From: Perna viridis
Taxonomy: Eukaryota
Assembly (NCBI GenBank): GCA_037379345.1
Contig: CM074516.1
Location: forward strand, 38,353,626 to 38,417,625
Direction: 5' to 3'
DNA length: 64,000 bases
Part shown: positions 1-10,800 of the stretch, piece by piece
How the letters are laid out: every line of letters starts with the position of its first letter
How positions within the stretch are numbered: the first letter of the stretch is position 1
Position numbers and translations under genes: made by a program
Notes under the pieces: generated by a model
Seen by the model: the letters and a program-made list of their open reading frames with translations, nothing else
What the model was told of the DNA's origin: nothing
Databases searched by the model: none

Positions 1-152
1 ATAAGGGAGGTAATTACATGTTTGATATGGTGACAAATATAGGTCATGAATGACTAATGAGATACATTCACTAGAGAAGAGGGAGTCCTGACAACCACAA
101 AATTATGCTTCTTGTTAGTTATTTTCTTTAAGTGTTCATTTATACTTTCCAG

Positions 153-2083
153 TAAGAAGGAACGAAAAGAAAAGGAACAGAAACTTCAGGAGAGAGAGGT
201 AGTTAATTTTGATTTTTTTTTTTTAGTTTTTATTTTGTTATAAAATGGTAAATCATGAAAACCCTTGTTTTCTGCATGGATGAAATAGATACTTTTATTC
301 AGAAACATAATTACAGTACCACAAATCTGTTGTTTAATTGATCAATCTCTAAAAGTATGTATTTGTAAACATGTGTTATTAATATATTTGAATCTTTTAA
401 ATGAAACAAAATTTTTGTTCATGTAACTTTTCAGCTGAAACTTGTTCCAACTTGAGTGTAAACTGTTTATGTAATTTTGGTAGAATGCTCAGAGATCAAT
501 GACACCTGGTGCTGTGATCCATTTGACCAACTTCTCTATTGATGGTAGTAATGACAGTCCTCAGCCATTGGGAAGCTCAGATCATGTTACTATGGCCACG
601 ATTAAACAACACTTCTCTAAATTTGCTTCTGTGGCCTGGGTAGACTTTGAGGAGGGTGATTCACAGGTCTGTCTAAATGATACTGTGTAGGATGCAGATT
701 TTGATTTATTTTAGGGGTCTGTCTAAAAATACCAAAATAAATACGTACTTAGTGCACATACATACCCCAAAATTAGAATTGACCAAATTTTATACCCCAT
801 ATGGTACTCTGGTACAACTTTCATCAAACAGAAGGGAAAATCCCTTTTATTTTTCATTGTTTTCGGATTTTTTTGTTGTCCGGTTTTAGATCTTTACAGA
901 AAAAGGGAATGGAAGTCTCACATGCTTAAGTTGACCTGTTTATTGTTTCTGATTTTATCTTGTCTTCTTTTACAGGCCTATGTCAGATTTCATGAAGAAG
1001 GGAAGGCTGTAGAAGTGGTACAGATATTAACAGCAATGGAGGATCTAGTTATGATGGATAATTGTTTTTTCTCTGTCAGAGTATTAGAAGGTTGATATTG
1101 ATAGTCTTAAGAATATTACTAATGTACTGATTCTATGAAATACATTTATTTGAGTTTTCATTCATACTTATGATGGGATATCTTACATTCAGTCTGTCTT
1201 TATTTGTTAGTCTATATACCAGTCAGTTAATTCTCAATTTCTATGTTAAACCGAATAATTTGGTCAGATTTTACAGTCTGACTATCAGCATTTTATTTCA
1301 TATTTGTTTTAAACCTTTGACATACATGACTTGCACATTTTTCTCTTTATTCATTTCTGTTTGAGTTTTTACATCTTTTTTGACCAATTTTAACATTTCT
1401 GAAAGAATGCAAAAACAAGACAACAACACATACAGATGCTGTAGATCTGAACAGAATAATGAATTGACCTGTGTCATGTATGGGTGTTGTCTTCTTTAAT
1501 GAGGAGACATGTAGTTTTTGTCCGTCCTGTCTGTCTGCCTGTCACACTTTTGTAAGCACAACACCTTGGAAACTACTGCATCAAATTTAATGAAAATTTG
1601 TAGGTAGTTGGGACATGATATTTAATTACTAGGAATTTATGATCCTCTGAGCTTTGTTGAGTTATACCAGTTTGAACTTTGAACTTTGAGGAAGACCTGT
1701 GTTTTTGAAGACAAAAACAAACTTTAATTTAAATATGCATGATTATAATAACCACTGCAGATTGAGTTATTCCTGCCATTCTTTTTCTACTTCATATATT
1801 AGTTCACATTATTAAATTACTTTATTGAAATGAGTGTATTCTTAAATCTAATTCATAGATGCAATGTATATTCATTAATTTGTTGCATACATCTCTTCTT
1901 TACATGGTATTAAGCTGTCCACAAAACTGTAAGCTGATTAAATATTAATGTTTCTTTATGGTTACAGGTGATGAGGAAATTGAATACTGGAAAGAGATCA
2001 TGAAAGCCAGAGACATGGGGAGAAATAAAAGGAGACGTGAACCGGAGAGAAAAGAGAAAAGGAGAACAGAAAGACATAAATGA
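153..2083 (+). CDS. 3' part of a La/SSB- or LARP7-family RNA-binding protein (C-terminal RRM2/xRRM); 5' exons lie outside the window
   Basis: AG/GT-bounded, phase-consistent exons 153-198, 484-666, 976-1090, 1968-2083 translate to KKERKEKEQKLQERE/NAQRSMTPGAVIHL...FSKFASVAWVDFEEGDSQ/AYVRFHEEG...VRVLE/GDEEIEYWKEIMKARD...HK*. VAWVDF, YVRF and LEGDEEIEYWKEI match the atypical La/LARP7 C-terminal RRM with its alpha3 helix. Confidence 0.85.
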
Positions 2084-2372
2084 GGAGTGTATTAATGCCT
2101 CAAAAATTGACTGGAGAAAATTACCTCCAATCATGACTTGAGTAAAATACCTCTTATTTTGACTTGAGTAGAATACCTCCAAATTTTACTTTAAGAAAAC
2201 GACTTGGTATAATGACTCATGCAAGACTTTTTGTAAAACTGAAAAAAAAGAAGTTAAAAGTCACTTAAATCTTTCATTAAATTCATTACATCTATAATAA
2301 ATTAATAAATGAAAACAACTGTCAAAATGTCTCAGATTACATGCACAATAAAACCTGTGTAAACCAAAACCC

Positions 2373-2974
2373 CATTCAAACTGAAGGATATGATCTATAT
2401 AGACAGTTGCTAGGTTTATACTGGTTCTATTAGAACATCAATGACATGAACTCAGAAGACATCTGGTTTAGACAGGTCTCCAGTTTATTAAGGTTTACTG
2501 TATTTGATGTCATAATATGTATAGGGTTGTCTTATGGTATATAAATTATATCTTCATTAAATTTTGAGTTAGCTATAGTATTATAGTACATGTATTATTG
2601 CATAAGGCTACACCTCAGTCCAATATGGCTAGCCTTGGACCAATAACTAAGCCAATATGGAAAACCTTATTCAATAATACTATAATATTTGGGTTTCTTA
2701 TTGTCAGAATTTCATAAAAAGTTCTGGACTGAGGTGTAGCCTTACGCAATAATACATGTACTATAATACTATAGCTAACTCAAAATTTAATGAAGATATA
2801 ATTTATATACCATAAGACAACCCTATACATATTATGACATCAAATACAGTAAACCTTAATAAACTGGAGACCTGTCTAAACCAGATGTCTTCTGAGTTCA
2901 TGTCATTGATGTTCTAATAGAACCAGTATAAACCTAGCAACTGTCTATATAGATCATATCCTTCAGTTTGAATG
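2373..2974. repeat. Long inverted repeat: 250-bp arms, 102-bp spacer
   Basis: 2373-2622 is the reverse complement of 2725-2974, with one mismatch seen (gcataagg vs ccttacgc). Confidence 0.95.
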
Positions 2975-3915
2975 TTGTTTCTAAATTGATTCCTGGTTGA
3001 TATTTACTCAGTGTTCTTGATATGGATATTTCTATGGTAGTGTAAGGAATTTCTAAATCACAGTTTTACAATGCAAGTTTTTGGTATGGCCCTAGCTGAT
3101 ATAATTATTTCAGAGGTGATAATAGAAATAACTTATTGTTCCAGAGGAGTGTACAGTTTTTCACTAATATCTAAATTTCAGTATAGTTTTTGTATTTACT
3201 TTATGCAAGGGGCAGATCCAGGATAGCCCATGTATGTTAAACAATTCATATATTATCCATTGGGTCACCCCAAATTTTTTATTTAATTGTTTTGATGTTG
3301 AGAATGGTATTGACTAACAGGAGAACACATGTCTGACATCCCTGTCATTTATCCACCTTTTAAGCCCACCTGACTGTAGGCCATGTGAGCTATTGTCATC
3401 GCTTGGCGTCTGTTGTCGTCATTGCTAACATTTTCTTCAAAAATCTTCTCTGAAACTTCTAATTGGATTTGGATGAAACTTAATTTGTTCCTTAGAGTAT
3501 CCTGCACAAAATGACTGTTTGGATTTTTTATCTGTCAAAAAATATGGCCATTGTTACTAAAAATAAAACATAGGGGTCAGACAGCAGATTTTTGCACATA
3601 CATGTATCTCCAAAACTGTTAGGCATAACCAATTTCTGACAAAGGGTAAAAGTATTCAGCATGATGCAATCTATCAGTGGTCTAATTTTGGTGCAAATCT
3701 GATAACCCAGGTTTTTTTGCTGTTTTGGGGATTTTGATCCATTAGGACCAAAATATATTATGTTGCCAGTTATCACTGGAACTTCTGACCACTACACAAG
3801 ATATAGTCCAAATGTAATTCCTTTAATATCATTCAAAACCTCTTTTATATCCATTATATATGTTTATTACAATTATTCAGCTCAATAATATTCTATTATT
3901 TTTGCAAATATAATT

Positions 3916-4302
3916 AAGATCTAGTGATGATTGCGGGTTTTTAACGACCTTGAATACCAAAACAGACCTCTCAAGGTCTATGTTAATCCCTTTTGGCCTT
4001 TTGGGATTAGGTTGATGTTAGTGGATTAGTAGAACCAACTAGTGTTGGTTGCTGAGCCCAGCCTTCGGGATACCTGGCTGAAGAACTCTGTCAGAGTATG
4101 TCCTACTAGCAACTGGGCTGTGTCGAAGTTCTGGCCTACTCCCAGACCCCACATGGGTCTGGGAGCGTTTCCACAATCTAACTGTCTTGGAAGTATGTCT
4201 ACGGAAGAATGTGTAAGATCCAGTCTTCAAACAAGGATTTATAAACATTGCTTTAAATCAATTGAAGATTTGAGGGACTCCTTTTTGGCCCTGAAAGATT
4301 TT
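3916..4302 (+). ncRNA. Candidate long structured box C/D RNA (sno/scaRNA-like), family not recognised
   Basis: Box C GTGATGA 3924-3930, box D CTGA 4291-4294, terminal stem AAGATCT/AGATTTT. At least six internal hairpins, including an 11-bp perfect stem 4139-4149/4155-4165. Visibly more GC-rich than its flanks. Confidence 0.55.
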
Positions 4303-5159
4303 TAGTACTAAATTTGCATTTAGAAAATAAAGTTCTTGCAGTAAATTGTCAAGAAGTATTAATGTGTTCCATTTAACTCATTAATTAATAAAAAAAAACC
4401 ACATTTGACAATTATTTTACCAACTCATAAACAGGAAATGAATAGCTGTGATTTTTAACCAAGTTAACATGGCGGGAAAATTCAAATTGATAAACAGTGT
4501 CTATTTTTTTTTTAAATTTTATGTTCATCAAAGAAAAAAAGGAACTATTTTCTAAAGCTGACTTTGGTTTTATTTAAGTTAAACTATAGTGTAAGATAAT
4601 TACATTGTTAGTTTAGTTATTTAATGTAGTTGTAAACTAACTTTTGACAGTTTTAAAAAATTGGGGAAAAAAGGAGAAATTTAACCAAATTTGTAAATGT
4701 GTGTGACTCTCTTTAACTATTGATTACAGTTTATACTTCAGAAATATGTAGTATTGATTGACATTCAGTTTTTTATGTATAAAGAAAAAACAGTTCTAAA
4801 TAAGATGAAAAATGCAATGTATGATCACAGTTATAATTTACATCATGTATTCTTTGAAATTTTGTCCATGCTACAATTTTCACAAGAATCGAAAACCTCC
4901 AGTGCTAACAGCACTTTGGTTGGTGTTATTACTGCCAAAAATCTTCTCCTCAGAATCTACCATATATAATTCAATGACCTTTTGGATTTTTGATCGGTGA
5001 AAACACATGGCCGCCATTACTAAAAATAGAACATACGGGTCAGACAGCAGATTTTTGCATATACATGTATCTCCAAAACCCTTATATTTAATCAAATTTG
5101 GACATGAGCAAAAGTATTAAGCATGATAAGATCTGTGGTCATATTTTGGTGAAAATCTG

Positions 5160-5369
5160 CAGGCGCGTAGCCGAGGCCAAATTGAAATGTAGGCAAAATA
5201 ACGACAGGGGGTCCAGGGGGGGAAAGCCCCCCCCCCCCCCCGAAGCTCCGCGGAGATAGCGTTTTAGAGCATTATTTATGCCTCTCCTGAATATATTTTA
5301 TCTCAAAAAAAAATTGGCAAAATTAAGTGCAGGCAAAAGCTTTTTTGCCTAACGGCAGCTACGCGCCTG
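5160..5369. mobile_element. MITE with CAGG termini and 5-bp TSD, inserted in the HINE
   Basis: TIR caggcgcgtagc/gctacgcgcctg. TSD atctg at 5155-5159 and 5370-5374. Removing it restores the host unit gaaaatctgttgacccatg. Confidence 0.85.
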
Positions 5370-7809
5370 ATCTGTTGACCCATGTTGGAGTTGTTGCCAT
5401 TTTTGGATGTTTTTTTTTATGTTTTTGATGTTATTAATTACAAAAATCTTCTCAGATACTACTGTACAGATATCAATGAAAGTTGGTATTTTTGTTTTTA
5501 GGGTGTCCTGAACATAATGACAGTTGCGATTTTTGATCCATTAAAAACATAGTGGCCGTTACTAAAAATAGAACATAGAGGTCATGCAGAGAGCAGATTT
5601 TTGAATATTTCTTCAAAACCAGTAGATTTAACCAAATTCTAACACGAGTAAAAGTATCGGCCTAATTAGATCTGTGGTCAAATTTTGGTGAAAATCTGTT
5701 GACCCATGTTGGAGTTATTGCCCTATTTGGACGTTTTTTGATGTTATTACTTTTAAAAATCTTCTCAGATACTACTGTACAGAATTCAATGAAAGTGGTA
5801 TTTTTGTTTTTAGAGTATCCTGAACATAATGACAGTTGCGATTTTTGATCCATTAAAAACATGGCCGCAGTTACTAAAAATAGAACATAAGGGTCATGCA
5901 GACAGCAGATTTTTGCATCTTTCTCCATAACCGTTTGGTTTAACCAAATTCTGACAAGAGTAAAAGTATCAGCCTAATAAGATCTGTGGTCCAATTTTGG
6001 TGAAAATTTATTGAAACATGATTGAGCTACTGCCATTTTTGCATTTTTTGATGTTATTACCTTTTAAAATCTTCTCAGAAACTACTATACAGAATTCAAT
6101 GAGAGTTGGTATTTTTGTATCCTGAACAAAATGACCTTTGGACTTTTGATGAGTTAAAAAATATGACCGCTGTTGCTAAATATAGAACATAGGGGTCAGA
6201 CAGCAGATTTCTGCATATTTCTCCGGAAGCGTGAAGTTTAGCCAATATCTTTCAATTATTGAAATGATCCTGATTATACGGCCAACTATAGTCTCCAAGC
6301 GAGAAAAGTTGTTAGACGACTCCATGTAAGAGTTTTGCACTTGAGAGGTGAAAAATGACTTCTTCAACAGTTTTCAGTCAATATCTTGAAAACTATGATA
6401 GATAAAATGAAACTTCAAGTTGCTGAAATGCTTCTTATTATAAGTTCTACAAAAGTCTAAAGGGATCAAAATTGTCAGACGACTTCATTTAAGAGTTATA
6501 GCCCTTGAAAGGCACAATATTACGTTTTTAGTAGTTTTCAGCCAATATCTTGAAAATTATGATAGATAGAATGAAAGTGTCAATGATTCTTATGTTAAGT
6601 GCTACCAAAGTCTTCACGGAGTGAAAATTGTCGGAGTTATTGCCCTGGGAGCCTCTTGTTGCTGTTATTACTGTCAAAATCCTCAGAATCTACTGTATTT
6701 AATTTAATGAAAGTTGGTGTTACTTTTTTTAGAATATCCTGCACAAAATGACCATTTTGATTTTTGATTGGTGAAAAAAAAACATGGCTGCTATTACTAA
6801 AAATAGAACAAAGGGATCGACATGCAGTTTTTTTAAAATAACTCAAAAACCCTTGAATTTAGCAAAGTTCTGATGAGTACTATTGTTCACCATCAGAAAA
6901 CGGGCCTTCGCCGAAATTTTTAGAATGATTTGTTGCCTGTTGTAGGAGTTGTGGCCCCTGAAACATATTTTTTCTCATTATTCACGTGTTCAATTCTCTT
7001 GCGACCTTTTTCACTAATTGTTCAAAGTCCAATGATTTTCGGTTTCTTTGGGACATTAGGTGTAATAAGTTGACCGGTAGCGACAATAGACCGTTCTGGA
7101 CGGCCATTTCTTGCGAATTTTTATCCTTGCTTTGGTTTTAACGATAATTGGTTTATACAGTAAACTAAGTTACTTGGTCTCTTGATATGAATGGTAATAA
7201 TGAAAATGTTGGGTAGCCATGGTTTAACTTCATTGTATATTCTTTATAGCAAATGTATTCTATGCTAATGCCCCCTTAGACCCAGTGGAATAGCAGGGTA
7301 AATGGTGACCCCTTCCCTTCCTTTTCCCCAGAGGTACCAAAACACTTTGAATGCATTTCCAACATTTACAGTACCTTTGGTACTCTTTTGAATTTAAAAC
7401 ATTCATCAATATGCTCTTTTCAGCAATTTTTGTCAAGCATGGTAACACAGCATGATACCTTTACTTACTTAGTTAATAGAGCATGGTTTGTCAGGGGAGC
7501 AATTCAGGATTTTCAAGAGCTAAGCATTACACTGACCCCGCATCCTTGGCCTCACCTAACAAAATAATGCACTCCAACATAGTTGGGCAAAATGTATGTA
7601 CAGAATTGGAAACATGACACTGAATAATATAAATCATCTGTATCCGTCTATGTTAAAGGGACAGTCACTTGATGCATAATCTCACTGTATCTGTTAGAAC
7701 AGTAATAATCTCATAAGATACTAATATTTCACTGCTGTTAGCTGCCGAGACATAAAATTAAGATAATAAACCGAAGCCCAGATTACTCTAGTGTAATCGT
7801 CTTCACAAA

Positions 7810-10800
7810 ATGAAGGATTTCTTATTGTTTTCAGTTATTTTTTCATCAGGTAGGTCTGCCTTTTGTTACATGGACTACTATCTTTCTTATTTAATGATTA
7901 AAAAAAATCCTTTCGTTTAGTTGTAAACTAACTTATTGACTAATAATGGGTTTGAAGTCTAGCGATACACTTTATTATACTGATTTCAAATTTTAACAGA
8001 TTTTAAATTTATAAAACACCGATCGACTGTATTTACTGATCGATATATATCTATTTTTAAATCCGATAAATAGCGCATATTAGTTACTCTTTAACTGTTG
8101 AAAACAAACATTTAGAAGAAACAAATGGGAATATCGTTCATTTAGCTATGTTGTGAACTCCTCATTCAGTTTACATTTTTTTCTATCAATTTTACATGGT
8201 CTGATATATTTAAAAAAATAACAAGTCATGCAAGTATTTCGAATGTCTTTTTGGTACCTGGCTCAGAAACAGTTTATTTGCTTCTTGACACAGACACAAC
8301 ATTGAAAATGAGTGTAGCATATTATGCTCACCGTGTTTTTCTGACCCTGATGATTTAAAGTGCAATTAAAATTGAAATTTCTTTCCTTGAATACCGACCC
8401 ATAGTCACGTTTTTTTATGTGTGCTACATATAATACAAGTCTTATACCACATGCATATTTATCTGAGAAACGGAGGTATGAAATGGATATAGAGACGATC
8501 ACATCGACTTAGCATCTGACAATCTTCGTGTACATACCGATGTAACAACGCAAAAAAAATTAGTTCAAACAGCAAACATGCATTCTCGGGATATATAAAT
8601 TCCTTTGAGCATGGAAATTGTTACCAGAATATGTTGATGCATAACTTTCATAAAGTTCTTGCGCGTATACTTTGTAATTAATTAATGTAACAGTCTTTTT
8701 ATCAATAATAGGATTTAGGTGAAGGCTTTAGTAAATTTTGTGCACAATTTTTTAGAAAATGATAGCCTGGGATACCCTCTTTTTATATAATTTATTTAGT
8801 CCACCCCTGTTGAATTTTGTAGTCTTATGTTAGTGTCATTGTTTCCATGGAGAAATCGTTTTTAAAAAATATAACTGTTTACTCCCCTGAAGCAATTTAA
8901 ATTGTTTTCGAAAAGAGTACATTTTTGCAGGTTAAAGGAATAAACCATCTTAAGATGACCGGGAATTTTTTTTTCTAAAATCGGCATTTTTGCTTAATGA
9001 ACAAAATATTGTTTTTGTTTTTATTTGTGTACCTGAAATTGCGAATCCTAGACAAGTTCCCTAATTTGATTTTAGTGCACGTACATGTATACATGTATGT
9101 ACTATATTTTGTTTTATATAAAACTAACCAATCAAGCGGAACAGGGGTCGGACCGGGGCTTTGGAGCACCCGTATCACACGGTAATAAATCCATTTTATT
9201 ATACCAAACCAGTATTGAAATAATGTATGATGTGCATTACCATCCTTCCAAGTCAGGGTTTTGAGAGGGAGCGAGAGTAGACTCAAAACCCTGACTTGGG
9301 AGGATGGCTAGAATCTTGGTTCCCTTGATTATCCTTAATATACTTGTATTTACATTAAAATATGCAAAAATCTAGAAAGAAAAACAATTTTAAATTGTCA
9401 TATTTCATGAACAGGATATTTTTAATAAAATACGTAATGATAATTTGTAAAATGTATAACTCGGTCTATTATTGAGTCAATGATTGTTTTGATTGTAATT
9501 ACATTCCCCCGTACTTTCAACACCCACGAAGAACAGTTACCAGGTCAATTATTAATTAAAAAGGAAGGATTCGAACTGCAGGAACCTCTGAATCCACCAT
9601 GATCCCTTTTGGAATTTAAAGTCCAGTTTGTAGTACACGTAAAATACATGAACTTAATTTGATTGCACATATCCTTTAAGGTCAGATGATGGATCTGCCC
9701 AAGGATTTATATATCTATATTTAACTCCTTGATCTGCCTGTCCTTTGATTATAATGTTGTTTTTCTGTCGGACAATAGGTCCATTTGTCCAATGACTAAA
9801 AATATGCTTTTAACACTTAATATTTTTATCAGTAGTGCACTTTTTTTTTTAGAAAATAAACTTTAAAGTGAAGTACTACTGGTGCTCACAAATACAGTGA
9901 CTATGCTGTGAATGTCCTTCCCACAGGAGTCACTTTTGTTAAAATTTGCATTTATATATCTGTCTGCAATAAATACACACCCATTCATATATTCTACTGT
10001 GAACCAGAGTCTTAATATTACACTCTGTGTACCTAACATCTTGAATGAAGAGACCATTGAGGACTCCAGCAGATTGCAGAAAAGCAATAAAGTATATATT
10101 TGTTGATAGAAAAATTGTAGAAAAAAAAGACCCATTGATTTAAAAAGGGAAAAAATTATGACCCAGTAATATTTTGCAGCTCTAGAAAAAACAGACCCAT
10201 TCCAGCGGTACATCTGTATATACTGTACTGGTATATAATAAGTGACCCCCCCCCTGTGGTCCTTTCATCTGTTCCACAGTCCATCTGTTCCTAGTTCCCA
10301 GTTCAAATCCACAATTCTCTGCAACCAGCAACCATTGAATAGAGTCAGATGAAACTCGCAAATTCTTTATCACAAGATGGCATTGTGGCCTTCTATTTTG
10401 TTTTTCTATCTGAATGACTTTTAAGTTTCCTATATGGTTTCTAGAAGGAGATCAGGGAGAATCCTGTAGTTAGCTCACATTCACATGCAGCTAGTTTTTT
10501 TGTTCATTTGTTTGTTGTATTTCAGTCTGAGCTCCATGTATCATGTATGTCTTACTATTTGACAACTTGTGAGAAAATAACCATACATTATATTTTTTTT
10601 TAATTTTCAGCCCTTCACCTATATGTAGATGGCACAGTTCATTTAAGTAATGAAGAGATAAGAAGTATATCACCTCAGGGCAGGCCATCTTGCCAACCAG
10701 GTGCTGTAAGTAACTTGCAATATTATGGCCTTTCTGTTAGCTGGTATATTAAGTAATATAACTATAGTCAATTTTCAGAAAAAAAATGTAAGTGTAAAAT

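Larger units (their letters stand above)
3358..6660 (+). mobile_element. Helentron-associated non-autonomous element (HINE-like), interrupted by a ~1.2-kb non-repeat segment and a MITE
   Basis: 5' tttaagcccacctg (family consensus in this window ttttagctcacctg), then ggccatgtgagc and a (gtc)n tract. Internal tandem units contain aaacatggccgcc-ttactaaaaatagaaca. 3' end is ctgggagcctcttgtt at ~6646-6660. Confidence 0.7.

Noticed and set aside
664-732. Repeat of the La exon donor word ggtctgtctaaa 50 nt downstream
   Set aside because: Only 12 nt match; too short to count as another junction duplication.
4093-4175. Internal H/ACA domain (AGAGTA ... ACA) making a U85-type composite RNA
   Set aside because: The distance from the upper stem to ACA is ~7 nt rather than 14-16, and no convincing pseudouridylation pocket forms.
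4039-4305. Overlapping 69- and 87-aa ORFs
   Set aside because: Non-ATG starts and no recognisable domain. Better explained by the local GC rise of a structured RNA.
6868-6900. Hammerhead core CTGATGAG (also at 57241)
   Set aside because: No stem II plus GAAA and cleavage triplet in the required arrangement.
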